In this document: in pieces, positions 43,879-55,595 of the stretch
Layout: each line of letters begins with the position of its first letter
Position numbering within the stretch: position 1 is the first letter of the stretch
Source: Tubulanus polymorphus
Taxonomy: Eukaryota; Animalia; Nemertea
DNA length: 64,000 nucleotides
Assembly: GCF_964204645.1 (NCBI RefSeq)
Contig: NW_027437436.1
Coordinates: 1-64,000, forward strand
Reading direction: 5' to 3'
Translations under genes and position numbers: made by a program
The notes under the pieces: generated by a model
Told to the model about the DNA's origin: nothing
Database searches by the model: none
Seen by the model: only the letters and a program-made list of their open reading frames with translations

Positions 43879-44632
43879 ATGGTAGAATTAAAAGAATACA
43901 GAATATTTGTTGATTCTAGAAAACTTACAAATTATAAATCACATAATTTAATAGTTCAATTAGATAGAGAATTTAAGAATTGTGTTGATTTAAAATTAGT
44001 AAATATAAGTTTATGTAACTCATTTTACAATATATCGGAAAAAAGTCTAGAACATTTAATTTTTTCAATCTTTTACAAAAAAAAGGAATAAATGGTTTTT
44101 TATATATTTAAAACCAGGATTATATAATTTAGATACATTAGCACAAGAAATTAATAGAAAAGCTCGAGCTAAATTAGGAAGTGATTCCGGATTTAGTATT
44201 AGAATTTTAAAAAGTGATAGTTCTAATAAAATAAAGATTAGGTTAGCTAATGACGAACAATTTAAATTTACAGTAAGAAAACCTTTAGGTAAACTGTTAG
44301 GAATTAACCCAGGTATTGTTACAGCATACGCAGAAGGTAAATCAAACTTAATACCTTTTACACATTTTTATATTTATTGCAATTTAATTGACCCAACAAA
44401 AACATTTGAAGCAACTAAAGATACAATTTGTAATTCTGGTTTATTAAATATTTTACCATTAAAAAATGTCAAACAATTTGGAACTCAAATAAATTATAAT
44501 TTAACTGAATGTGATTTCAAACCTTGTATTCCACATTTTAATAATTTTAGATTAGAAATAAGAAATCATAATGGTTATTTAATTGATTTGAATAACTTTC
44601 CTGTGATATATGAATTAGTTATAAGATGTTAA
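43879..44632 (+). pseudogene. Minor capsid protein (penton), frameshifted
   Basis: IFVDSR..NSFYNI at the N-terminus; after a frameshift near 44090, FYIYCNLI..LLNILP..RLEIRNHNGYLIDLNNFPVIYELVIR, a pattern typical of Polinton single jelly-roll pentons. Confidence 0.75.
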
Positions 44633-44654
44633 GAGTAATTTTTTCACTATATAA

Positions 44655-45014
44655 ATGAATATAACTGTTGGACCGAGTATATGTTTTGGATTTGATTTTA
44701 AACGTGAGAAAGAAATGAAATTTAACATTAATGATGTAATTACACATATCAAAAATATAGCATTTTCTAATGAAACAACATTTGAGTATGAAACAACAAT
44801 AGATAAAGAAACTTTAAATGTAGAAAAGATTACTAATTTAATTAGAGAATCTTTAAGATTTTATGAATTAGATGAAGATTTTATCATAGATGATATTAAA
44901 AACATATCAACCAAAATATATGATAATCATAAAAGTAGTAATGAAATAAATGTTGAATTAATCATCACTAAGATAACTAAATATTTTGAAGAAAGTAATT
45001 TTTTTGATAAATAA
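44655..45014 (+). CDS. Hypothetical protein (element 2)
   Basis: 119-aa ORF with a TAAATG start. Confidence 0.65.
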   Translation: MNITVGPSICFGFDFKREKEMKFNINDVITHIKNIAFSNETTFEYETTIDKETLNVEKITNLIRESLRFYELDEDFIIDDIKNISTKIYDNHKSSNEINVELIITKITKYFEESNFFDK

Positions 45015-45239
45015 ATGAGTGATAATAAGTGGATAATAACTGGATTATATAATGGAGCATTACTATCAGTTGGAACTGTTGGTTATTCAATGGTATTAAA
45101 AAAAGTATTCAAAATGGGAAGTGTTAATCTTGATAGATTTGATATAAATGATATTTTAAAATTAACATTAGCAGTTACTTTATCTAATTTAACTATTGAT
45201 TATTTAGAAAAAACAAAAATATATATTCCTCCCACATAA
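45015..45239 (+). CDS. Small hydrophobic protein (element 2)
   Basis: 74 aa, two hydrophobic segments, TAAATG start. Confidence 0.65.
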   Translation: MSDNKWIITGLYNGALLSVGTVGYSMVLKKVFKMGSVNLDRFDINDILKLTLAVTLSNLTIDYLEKTKIYIPPT

Positions 45240-45263
45240 ATGCATAATTTTTTTGCTAAATAA

Positions 45264-45686
45264 ATGGCTTCTGCAATTATAACTATTATAGGATCGGCAA
45301 TTGTTAACGCTTTAGCATTTACTGGTGGTGGTTATTTATTTAAGCATATTGATAAAAATAGTTCATTAGGAGAACAAAGAAGACATAACTTAGCATTAGA
45401 GAAATACAATAAAGCAGCAGAAGAATACAGAGAAAAACGACAAAACTATATGGATTATATTAACAAGGAATTATATGATCAGAAGATTTCACATAGAGAT
45501 TTTCAATCAGTTGATGATGCTATGAGTTTATATAACGCAGTAACCAATAAAGAAAAATTACATCTATACAAACCTAAATTATCAGATTATTATACCCCAA
45601 GTAAAGAACAACAGAAATATGAAATAATATGGATTTTAGGTGGAACTGTTATTGTTATATTTGTAGCATATAAATTTACTAATTAG
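45264..45686 (+). CDS. Small protein with hydrophobic termini and a central coiled coil (element 2)
   Basis: 140 aa; MASAIITIIGSAIVNALAFTGGG..HNLALEKY..C-terminal TM segment. Confidence 0.7.
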   Translation: MASAIITIIGSAIVNALAFTGGGYLFKHIDKNSSLGEQRRHNLALEKYNKAAEEYREKRQNYMDYINKELYDQKISHRDFQSVDDAMSLYNAVTNKEKLHLYKPKLSDYYTPSKEQQKYEIIWILGGTVIVIFVAYKFTN

Positions 45687-45706
45687 TAATTTTTTTTTCT
45701 AAATAA

Positions 45707-46126
45707 ATGGAAGATAAAGTTGATAGTATTGATATTATTCCTCATGATATAAATAAAACTAAATTGAAAATATATTTAGAAAAACAAATATTAGAATTTG
45801 AAAGTGACTTAAAGATAAAAAAGAAAAAATATTTAAAAAGTAAAATTATATATTATCTTATTATTAGTGGTTCGGTTACAATTAGTTCTGTAATAACATT
45901 TCTAGCAATATTCAGTCCATTAACACCTTTAGCTATATCAATTGGTGTATTAGGATTAAGTTCAAGTGTTTTAACTGGTATAAGTTCAAAATTAAATATA
46001 AAAAGTAATAAAGAAAAAATTAAAACTAATATAAAAGAAATTAATAAATTAAAGAATACACTAGATTATATAATAAGTTTAAATGGTCATATAACAGTTG
46101 AAGAACAAGATTTAGAAAAGAATTAA
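45707..46126 (+). CDS. Coiled-coil protein with two TM segments (element 2)
   Basis: 139 aa; hydrophobic hairpin flanked by Lys-rich helices. Confidence 0.65.
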   Translation: MEDKVDSIDIIPHDINKTKLKIYLEKQILEFESDLKIKKKKYLKSKIIYYLIISGSVTISSVITFLAIFSPLTPLAISIGVLGLSSSVLTGISSKLNIKSNKEKIKTNIKEINKLKNTLDYIISLNGHITVEEQDLEKN

Positions 46127-46153
46127 TAAATTATTAATTTTTTAATTATGTAA

Positions 46154-47557
46154 ATGGTAGATAGTTTTCCAAAAGCTTTCCAATATGATAAATCAATTAA
46201 ATATAATATTCCAGCAATAGATTTTAATAAAGATATTACATATAGAAATGAAGTTTTAGATTCATTAACTAATTTAGAAATTTATGTTACTGAAACTAAT
46301 AATTTTAATGCAAAGATGGAAAATATATTTCATGTATATTTAATTAATTTTAAAAAATTGAAAGATGAAAAACAATGGTTATTAAAATCTAATATGAAGT
46401 ATTGGCAGAACCAATTAAATTTTGCTGTTTATTGTGCAACAACAGGATGTGGAATTAGTTGGAATGATCATTTGAATAATTCTAAATATAAATTAATTCA
46501 AAGTTTATTTAGATTTCATACATACTTTCAAATCAGAATAATATTAAATGAATTAGAGTGCGCTTTACCAGGATCTAGGTATTTTAAAGAATTAGATAAT
46601 AATATTAATTTATCAAAGTTTAATACAATTTGTAATGAATTTAATATAGATATAAATAATTCTGATTTTAGAACAAAAATTGGAACAATAAGATCACGTC
46701 CTTGCCCTAAAAAGATTGCAGAATATTGTGCACTTCCCATACCATCTAATAGTTTGTATAATATCTATAGTAATAAATTAGGTTATGGTAAAATAGAAAC
46801 TAAGGATTTAGAAACATTAAATTTCAATAAATTACCGACATTTTATGATAATTTAAAACAAGAAAACAATAATGGTTGGGTTTATTTCATTTTAGAAAAT
46901 AATGAAGGTTTTACAAAATCAGGTATACAAAGAATAAATCAATCTATTAGAACTTATTTGATATGTATTTTAGGTGCGCAAGTTGAAACAAGATCCCCAA
47001 TAATTGGAAATTTAAATACATCATTTGATACACAGAAACAATTCAAAGTATTATTTGAAGATTCTATTCATAATGATAAAAATAGATCGATTCCAGAAAA
47101 CATTGTAAGATATCAAAATTATTTAGATAAATCTCATGTAAGACTAAATTATTGTATAGGCCCTAATCTATTAATTATTTCTAATGATTTAGTACTAAAG
47201 ATGGGAAACATAATTGGTTACAATAATCTAATTAAAACTGCAACAATAAATAATTCATTTGGATTAAATGATATAAATAAAAAGATTATTACCGCTCCAA
47301 AATTAATGGAAGGTGAAAAAAATAAAAAACACATTCAATCTACAGAAACTAAAACTAAAAATATTAAATTGCATAATGATTCTAAAATAAAAGATTACAA
47401 TACATCAGAAAATATAAAAACTGATAATATTCAACATGATATAATTAAAACTGATAATGATAATAAATTCCATGAAAATACTAAATTAGCTTTAACTTGT
47501 ACAGGAATTGTTATAGGAGGAATATTATATTTTAAATTTTATTTTTTTATTATATAA
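46154..47557 (+). CDS. Hypothetical protein with a C-terminal TM anchor (element 2)
   Basis: Intact 467 aa; WQNQLNFAVYCATTGCGIS..FRFHTYFQ..ILGAQ motifs. Confidence 0.75.
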   Translation: MVDSFPKAFQYDKSIKYNIPAIDFNKDITYRNEVLDSLTNLEIYVTETNNFNAKMENIFHVYLINFKKLKDEKQWLLKSNMKYWQNQLNFAVYCATTGCGISWNDHLNNSKYKLIQSLFRFHTYFQIRIILNELECALPGSRYFKELDNNINLSKFNTICNEFNIDINNSDFRTKIGTIRSRPCPKKIAEYCALPIPSNSLYNIYSNKLGYGKIETKDLETLNFNKLPTFYDNLKQENNNGWVYFILENNEGFTKSGIQRINQSIRTYLICILGAQVETRSPIIGNLNTSFDTQKQFKVLFEDSIHNDKNRSIPENIVRYQNYLDKSHVRLNYCIGPNLLIISNDLVLKMGNIIGYNNLIKTATINNSFGLNDINKKIITAPKLMEGEKNKKHIQSTETKTKNIKLHNDSKIKDYNTSENIKTDNIQHDIIKTDNDNKFHENTKLALTCTGIVIGGILYFKFYFFII

Positions 47558-48993
47558 ATGGATGTAGAAGGTGGAGAAGATATTGGAATGGATCCTTTAG
47601 ATGAACCTGGTATAACTGATGAACAACAACCTGATTTTAGTGAAACAAGTTTTAATGACGGTAATGCGTCAGGATATAATAATAATTTAAATATGCCTGA
47701 TTATATTAGAAATGCAATTAGAATCACAATTAAATCCTGAAAATTTAGACCCAGATTTAGTAAATCAAGATTTAGATAATTTAAACAAAATACCTAAATT
47801 AGAAGATTTAATTGAAAAATCTAAACTTAACATAAATGATGAAGACGTTGGACTTTTAGCAGATCAATTAAAATTTTTAGATAATGGTAAATGTTACTAT
47901 CGTTTGAAAGGTGATTATTATATTGATATCACTTATAAAAATAATAAAAATAAAATATGATCAGAATCAACTTTAGAAAAATTAAAACCAGATAGAATTA
48001 AAAGAATAAGTAATAGTAATGAAATAACTGATGTTACACAAAAAGAAAGAGATGATAATATAGACGTATTTAAACAAAAAATTAATGAATTATTTGAAAT
48101 AATCAAAAAGAAATCAGAAACAGAAACAACTTCTGAACAGAATATAACTTCCAAAACTAGTAAACTTAAATCAAATAAAGTTTCAATTGAAAAACTTTTA
48201 CCGAATGGATTAATTGATGCAACAGATCAAGAATTAGAAGATTTAGATATATTTTCTGATAAAGCAATTAGAGAGATTATTAGTATAAGAAATGAAGCTG
48301 ATAAAATTGCGCATGATAAAAGTATAAGAGATTTAAAAATTAGAACTTTAGAAAAAGAATTAACTGATAAAAATATAGAAATAGAACAATTAAAATTAGA
48401 TAGAGATAATAAAGTTATTGAAGAAATTGAATTTAAAAAAAAGAAATGCATATTTAGAAAAAGAAATTGATGATTTAGAATATAACATAGAATTACAAAA
48501 AGAAGAAATAAAATTATTATTAAAATCATATGATTATAATATTAATAGATTAAAAGTTATTTTCAAAGATTTATTGATAAAACCAAATTCTGAAATATCA
48601 TTGAAAGATAGAATAAAGTTATTATTTAAATTAGAAGGAATAACAATTCTTTCAATTATAACAGCTGTAACTATGTTATTTACAACAATAGGTTTAGCAA
48701 TATCAAATGCTTTAAAATCTACTCCTACTCCCAATAAACCGGATAAACCCCCGAATGATAATTCTATACAAGATAAAGTTAAAGATGGTTTAAAGAAATT
48801 AGCAAAATATTTATGGGAACTATCTAAAAAATCTGCTGCAGCTTTACCAGGAATTATTGCATCAATTGTTGGTTTTATATTGAAATCTGCTGGGAACATT
48901 CTTAACTTTGCTGCTGAATATATTATTTTATTTTTAATTACGGTTGTAAGTGCTATTATTTTTGGGTTAGTGAATATGATTAAAAATAAATAA
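47558..48993 (+). pseudogene. Long coiled-coil protein with C-terminal hydrophobic/amphipathic helices, fragmented
   Basis: ORF pieces 47558-47740, 47712-47960 and 48418-48993 share one TAAATG start. Confidence 0.6.
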
Positions 48994-49013
48994 TTAATTT
49001 TTTTGTTAAATAA

Positions 49014-50261
49014 ATGAGTGGGAGTTATATAAGTCCTTCTAAGATTTCTAGAATATCTAATGCTATTAAAGCAGAAAGATCACATCATATAATTACTCAT
49101 AATCCTTCAAATATTAATCCCGATGAAACTTTATATGTTAGAATTCCTCGATTAACACAAAATACTTTTTATGTTCCAAATAGTATTTATCTATCAGCTG
49201 ATATAAAAGTAACTGGTCATGATAATAATTATGTTGTTGATAATGTTGGGAGATATTTGATTAAAAAATTAACTATAAAGATTGGTCCAGAAACAGTTTT
49301 CTCATTAGATGATTATAATTTATTTATGCATTATGAAGATTTATAGTTAACTAAAGAAAATAGAAATAATATGATATTTCAGGGTATTCAATCGGAAAAC
49401 CATAATAAATTAAGATCAGGAGCTAATGACGCAATAGTAACTCGTGCCACAGATAATATGATTAAAAAGATTTATGGAAGCAAATATGAAATTCCATTAG
49501 ACTTTGAATTGATAAATAATAATGCACCTTTATATAAATATTTAATTCAAGAAGATATTATATTTGAGATAACATTTGCTCCTGTAAATGAAATTGTATT
49601 ATCTAGCTTTGTTAAAGATATGGGTTATAAATTATCAAATATATGTTTAGAATATGACACAGTTACTAATGAAAATATTGCTAGCACAATTCAAACTCAA
49701 TACAATCAAGGATTTTCATTATTATATGATTATATTGATAAATTAAAAACTGTAACTATTAATGCAAATGATGAAATAATTAATGAGAATATTAACTTCC
49801 CAAGAAGATCTATTAAAGGTATATTAATATTTTTTACCATTGCAACATATTCTAATGGCGCAATAAAGGTAGATAATTATTATAATCCTGAAATAACAAA
49901 AGTAGAAATAACTATCGAAGGAATAGCATATAAAATATTTTGTCAAGGAATGAGAATGATAGATCAATGGCCAGAAATTAGAAAACATTTTATGAATGAA
50001 AAAGTAAAATCATTTGAAAATTGTAACATTAATCAAATTGATTATTATACCGGCAATAAATATGCATTATGGTTAGATTTAAGAACAACAGAGGATAATT
50101 CATTACATGGTTCTGGGAAAAAACTACAGAACACTAAAGATGGAATACAATTATTCATGGCGAAGAAAACAGGAGACAAAAATTTCAAAATGCAGATTTA
50201 TATTATATCTGACGCACAATTAAATATTGTAAATTCACAATTAGATAGTATTCAATATTAG
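49014..50261 (+). pseudogene. Major capsid protein (double jelly-roll), one in-frame stop
   Basis: About 415 codons in one frame with TAG at 49344-49346; beta-rich (NPSNINPDETLYVRIP, IIFEITFA, PRRSIKGIL, WLDLR..LHGSG); lies next to INT and ATPase. Confidence 0.75.
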
Positions 50262-50291
50262 AAATATAAAGTTAAAATTAAGGATATATAA

Positions 50292-51419
50292 ATGGGTGGT
50301 AAAAAAACTCCTAATACTATAAAACAATATTTAAGAAATTTATATTACAACCCCGAGAGTTCGGTTGCTTATTCTTCTACCAAAAATATATGGCGTCAAG
50401 TAAAACAAGATAAATTAGATAAGACAATCCCACAAAATTTAGTTAAATATAAAGATATAAATGAATTTATGTTAGAACAACCAGCATACACAACACATAA
50501 AAAAATTGTTAGAAAATATAAAACTCGTTAAACTATGGTAAGTTATGTAGATCAACAGTGGCAAGGAGATTTAATTGATATGAAAAATGTTAAGAAAGAT
50601 AATGATGATTATTGGTGGTTATTGAATATAATTGATATTTTTAGTCGTTATGTATGGAGTTTCCCACTTTATAGAAAAGATGCTGTACAAACATCAAATG
50701 TTTTAAGAAAATTTCTTTCGGATGATAAACTAAAACCAGAAAAAATACAATTTGATGATGGAAAAGAGTTTGATAATTCACTTGTTCATGAACTCTTAGA
50801 TAATCATAATATTAAATATTTTTCAACAAAATCGGATAAAAAAGCAGCAGTTGTTGAACGATTTAATAGAACATTAAGAACAAGAATGTGGAAATATTTT
50901 ACAGCAAATAATACTTTTAAATGGATTGATGTTTTACCAAAATTGATAGAAGGATATAATAATTCCTATCATTCTTCTATTGGAATGAAACCTATTGATG
51001 CTAAAAAACCTGAAAATGCTGAAATTGTTTGGAATAATTTATATGGAGCATTTCTTGTAGATGATTTTGGTGAACCTAAATTTAAAGTTGGTCAAAATGT
51101 TAGAATTTCTAAGTATAAAAAGATATTTGACAAAGGATACGATCGAAATTTTACTAGGGAAATATATAAAATAAAAAAGGTAATAACAACAAAACCACAT
51201 GTCTATAAATTAGAAGATTTAGATGGTGAAGAAGTTGATGGCTACTTTTACGAAGAAGAATTAAGTTTAACTACTGAAAATCTACAACAAGAATATAAAA
51301 TTGAAAAAGTATTAAAAACAAAAACTATTAAAAGAAAAAAATATTCTTTAGTAAAATGGGTTGGATGGCCAGATAAATTCAATGAATGGATATTATCAAG
51401 TAAAATTAAAAATATATAA
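50292..51419 (+). pseudogene. Retroviral-like (rve) integrase with C-terminal chromodomain, one in-frame stop
   Basis: WQGDLID, IDIFSRY, QFDDGKEF, VVERFNRTL (DDE triad); IEKVL..LVKWVGW..EW chromodomain; TAA at 50529-50531. Confidence 0.93.
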
Positions 51420-52028
51420 ATGAATAAGGAATTATTTATATTTGAGCCTCATAATATGTTAATTTCTGGTGTAACAAATTGTGGAAAAACTTATTTTATA
51501 TTAAATTTATTAGGAACTGTTTATAAAAACTATTTTGATAATATAGTATTATTTTGTCCAACATATGAATTTAATCAAACTTATGATAGTAATATTACTA
51601 GAAATAATAAATTTATTATATTAGATCCTAAAACAGTAAAAGAAAATTTAGATAATTGTATTAAAATAGCAATAGATATTTATAAAGGATCAAATACATT
51701 ATTCATTATAGATGATTGTGCAAATTTACATGATTCAAAAATTAGAGAAAGTGAGTTATGTTATTTAGCTTTTTCTGGTAGACATTTTGGGATAACAACA
51801 TGGGTTTTAAATCAAAAATATAATTCAATTGTTAAAGACTTTAGAGAAAACATTAGATTTCTAGTTTTATTCTACAATAAAGATAGAAAATCGATGAAAA
51901 ATGCACTTGAGGAAAATGATATTATTCCACATGATTTACATAATGAATATATGGATAAGTTGAAAAATATTAAAAGATCAAAATTACTATTTAGATTACA
52001 ACACCCATTTAAATATGAATTTATTTAA
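51420..52028 (+). CDS. A32/FtsK-like genome-packaging ATPase
   Basis: Walker A GVTNCGKT, Walker B FIIDD, GRHFGIT..NQ, REN. Confidence 0.92.
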   Translation: MNKELFIFEPHNMLISGVTNCGKTYFILNLLGTVYKNYFDNIVLFCPTYEFNQTYDSNITRNNKFIILDPKTVKENLDNCIKIAIDIYKGSNTLFIIDDCANLHDSKIRESELCYLAFSGRHFGITTWVLNQKYNSIVKDFRENIRFLVLFYNKDRKSMKNALEENDIIPHDLHNEYMDKLKNIKRSKLLFRLQHPFKYEFI

Positions 52029-52029
52029 A

Positions 52030-52205
52030 TTCAACTAGCTTGTTAATCTAGTTTAATTCTAGTTACATTCTAGTTGAATTCTAGTTGTTAGTAGTTGGAA
52101 CAAAAATCAACTAGATTTAACAAGAAATAAACAAAAACAACAATATTTCAACTAGCTTGTTAATCTAGTTGAATTCTAGTTACATTCTAGTTGAATTCTA
52201 GTTGC
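52030..52205. repeat. CTAGTT-rich internal repeat block of element 2
   Basis: Two copies of about 57 bp of TTCAACTAGCTTGTTAATCTAGTT..TTCTAGTTG. Confidence 0.8.
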
Positions 52206-52235
52206 AACATCACAACTAATTTTTTTGTTATATAA

Positions 52236-52773
52236 ATGGGAGGTGAAAAGAAAATAAAATCTAAAAATGGTGATGTTCCAATTGAAAAAACTTTAGATGA
52301 TTTAGGAATAACAGAAAACAACTAATTCCAGATGATGGTGCTTTAAATAATGTTACAACAAATGATAATTATGAATATTATCTTTATTCTAAACATCAAT
52401 TAGAAATATTAATAGCATCTGGAAAATGTAAAAATTTTGTCGGTAAAAATTTAACTTATAATGAATTAGATACAATGAAATCAGATGAAATTATTAGATT
52501 ATTTAAGATTTATGAAACCGCGAGAACAGCTAGAATTAATGACGCGATATCAGAAAATGTAGTAAAAGGTTATAGTAAATTATGTAATTATATACTACCA
52601 ATTGAAGATGAAAATAGATTATATTCCGATTTAAAAAATGACTATTTAGTTATGACTGAATTAAATAAATGGATTGGATATTTATCATTTCAATGAGGTG
52701 GATTTATGACATTATTATCAACTGGGGTTATAACATTTTCAAATATTGAAAGTAAAAATATTTCTTTGGATTA
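52236..52773 (+). pseudogene. Homologue of ORF 60945-61547, disrupted
   Basis: IEKTLDDLGI..YEYYLYSKHQLE..ARINDAISE..LKNDYLVMTEL; frameshift or stop near 52324 and TGA at 52694. Confidence 0.8.
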
Positions 52774-52934
52774 ATATTTTAGAAAAAAAGCAAAAAAATA
52801 ATTTTTTTAATTAATTGAATATTAATTGAATATCTCACTACTTTTGTCTATCTATGCGGAGCAATTAAATTGTCCAGATAAGTCATTTCGGATTCTAGAT
52901 ATTCATTATTTTTATTAATTTATCTTTTTTAAAT

Positions 52935-53261
52935 TTAATCAACAATTTCTAAATCATGATGGCCATCTTCATTTTTTCCATGATAGATTATTTTAAATCC
53001 TTCTAAATCTTTTAATTCCTCTGTACTCAATGAAAACCATTTATCAGGTAAAAATACTTTAAATTCTCGTGATGTACTAACATTACAGTAGCTTAAATTA
53101 GCTGATACTTTCTCTCCATATTTAGTTTTTATCTTTTCTAATTTCAATATTTTATGTTCAATTTCTTTTGTAACATCAATTAACTTTTTTATTTCAAATT
53201 GTTTTTTTGCTGGTTTTATTCTGTTATTTATTGTTGCTAAGAATGCTTTTCTATCTCCCAT
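52935..53261 (-). CDS. Small terminal protein (108 aa) whose start lies in the extended right TIR
   Basis: Intact ORF; homologous to 5656-5990. Confidence 0.75.
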   Translation of the reverse strand: MGDRKAFLATINNRIKPAKKQFEIKKLIDVTKEIEHKILKLEKIKTKYGEKVSANLSYCNVSTSREFKVFLPDKWFSLSTEELKDLEGFKIIYHGKNEDGHHDLEIVD

Positions 53262-53274
53262 TTATAAGGAAAAC

Positions 53275-53346
53275 AAATTACTTGTGGTGATGAGTGGTGT
53301 CTAGTACTCTAGTACTCTGGTATGAAAACGCCATCTTCTAATTACT
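53275..53346 (-). repeat. Right TIR of element 2
   Basis: Exact reverse complement of 36721-36792, followed by the TSD CAGTTC. Confidence 0.97.
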
Positions 53347-53464
53347 CAGTTCACTTAAACAGTGTCTAAATAATTCTATATTACTCCTAGTTTTGATCTG
53401 AATCAAAAGTGGAATCAGAATTGGTTTATTTGCCCTTTGAAGTTCAACCTTGAATTCTACTCAC

Positions 53465-54126
53465 TTTTATAAGCTACGATTCCTCGTTGCTCCAATTCCT
53501 CTGAAATCACAAATAGAAAAGAACGTAATTTAGCAATGAAACAACGATGAAAAATCTGTTAAATTCATTCAATCATTCATTCCTTCATTCATTCATTCAC
53601 GTGGTCATTTGACATGAAAACTCGACATGTGACATGTGAATGCATGTGAATAATTTACGAACATGTCGATGAAGATGTTTTATCTAAGTAAATCAGCAAT
53701 TGACCCTATGAAACGGGTGTAACCACGTACCAGCACATTTTGCGTATAATTTGGAAATATGCACATGTGCTTGTTATATGTTTGTGCAAATGTAACATAT
53801 ATATGACCATTCTATATGTTAATACATTTTTACAAGCATGTGCAAGCATATTTACTTTCATTCATATCAGTGATATATTCAAACGCCTGACAAACTGAAT
53901 TGTGAATTATTCTGTTCATTTCCTCTTCATTTTTTCTCACTTCATTTTCCTCTTGTTTCAGTTTCTCTTTGAGTTCTTTCACTCTTTCCGCTCGTCCAGC
54001 GTACAATTCTAAGAAAAATTTGACTCAGGTTGAATCATTGAAAATGATCCTGCTGATTCTGATGCAATCCATGCATAGACATCTTACCTTTGGTAGATTT
54101 GAAAACTGCAATTCTAAATTTCATTT
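53465..54126 (-). CDS. Putative host exons (54126-54088, 54008-53856, 53500-53465), possibly the 5' part of the NLR gene
   Basis: AG/GT-bounded 39-, 153- and 36-bp phase-1 symmetric exons that splice into one open frame containing a coiled-coil-like stretch (RVKELKEKLKQEENEVRKNEEE). Confidence 0.4.
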
Positions 54127-55551
54127 CTAAAAGAAAGAACATAATTCATGATTACAAGGCAGCATCCGCTACTGGTGACATCGATACTTCTATTTTAGTA
54201 GTCTATTCAAATATCTGAAAGAAATTCTGTGTCTGTTTCTGGCTAATCAGAAAATAGCGAGAAACGACTAGAAATGATCATCTAAAGTGTGTCGCTAATT
54301 GTTAGCTATTTGTTTTTAAGCGTCCGCTTTCATCCCGAGACCACAATAATCATTGGTTGTTACTATTAGTTCTTACCTAAAACATCTCGGCTTATTTCAT
54401 GAATACCTGTAAAATAGTTGAAACAACTAAATCAACGTGTCAGAAACTGATTTTCCCAAAATGCCACATTTTGACAGAAATCCACCCCATAAGGCCCCGA
54501 GCCTCCCTATCGCTTAATAAAAATGTTATTTGCGGATATTGTCAAAGAGCCACTGGAATCATTGGAATCCAATATACATGAACCAAAACATAGTTCTTTT
54601 CTCACGCTGTTATTAATTTTCAGAAAAAGATACAGCTCAACTTTCTTGGATGCTGCAGAAAAAGATACAGCTCAACTTATGGATGCTGCAATTTAGTTAT
54701 TTTTGGATCCACCCACTAGAGAAAGGTACGGCTCCTAATAACACGATTGATTTTGAACAGACAGTGGAACCAATGATGCTGCGTGGCTTTTTCGTTTAAA
54801 CATGACTGATTATAATAATCGATGAATTTCGTCGTCTGAAGAATATCGATACATATTGTGACCCAGGAAGAAAGACACTCTAAATATTTGGATGGATATA
54901 TGAAAGCTGTGGGTACTGGAGTGTGTAATGGGTAGCGTAGTGTGATCTGTGTGCATTTGTGGCCAGCACACAGATCACATTGTTACATGGGGTTTGGTCC
55001 AGGACTCGCGAGATTTTCAACAACAGAGAAGTAACGTGTAATAAATGATGACTTGAATTGCATGACTACCTACCACCCCTCATTATTGTTGGAAAACTAA
55101 ACGTTCGGCACTGACTAAAGATTAGTAATAACATTTTAGAAATGGCCAGAATTTCAACTTAGGTTCTATCTCATTTTTATTTTACAATTGCGATTGGTAT
55201 AATATTTTTTTAAACGGCCGTTAAGGCTTCATGTTTCGTCTGCAATTCACTGTAAATAGTTACGCAACTACGCACATTTCAGTGTTTTTGGCAGCTGTAC
55301 ACTCAATCGGCACCGTTCGTGACTAGCTTCACTGCGGAATTATCATTAATAAACATCGCCATATCACATCATCAACTTATATTGTGCCTTTAAACCCTAA
55401 CAGCCGAAATAATTGAAATGCACACACGATTTCTATCATTGGAAATTGAGAGAGTGGCCATGTTTGTGTTTGCTGCTTCGCGTAAATCCCGCGCGGTGGC
55501 GCAAGCGCGCGGAGTGGGGCCGATACGTCTAGAAAATCTTACTTTAACCAT

Positions 55552-55595
55552 GGAACCATGGACTCTAAAACGATTTCGTCTTAGAGTCCATGGTT
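55552..55595. repeat. Short palindrome / micro-MITE
   Basis: ACCATGGACTCTAA..TTAGAGTCCATGGT. Confidence 0.65.

Larger units (their letters stand above)
36721..53346 (+). mobile_element. Element 2: full-length Polinton/Maverick-type endogenous virus, 16,626 bp
   Basis: 72-bp perfect TIRs with AGT...ACT ends; 6-bp TSD CAGTTC at 36715-36720 and 53347-53352; carries pPolB, penton, MCP, rve integrase and A32-like ATPase. Confidence 0.97.

Noticed and set aside
49344-50531. Stop-codon readthrough or an alternative genetic code (stops in MCP, integrase, HNH)
   Set aside because: The stops are of all three types and replace different residues (the integrase paralogue has Lys at that site), and frameshifts also occur; ordinary decay explains them.
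36721-53346. Bacterial or phage contamination as the source of the intein
   Set aside because: The element is bounded by a perfect TSD within spliced eukaryotic host sequence and has the Polinton gene set.
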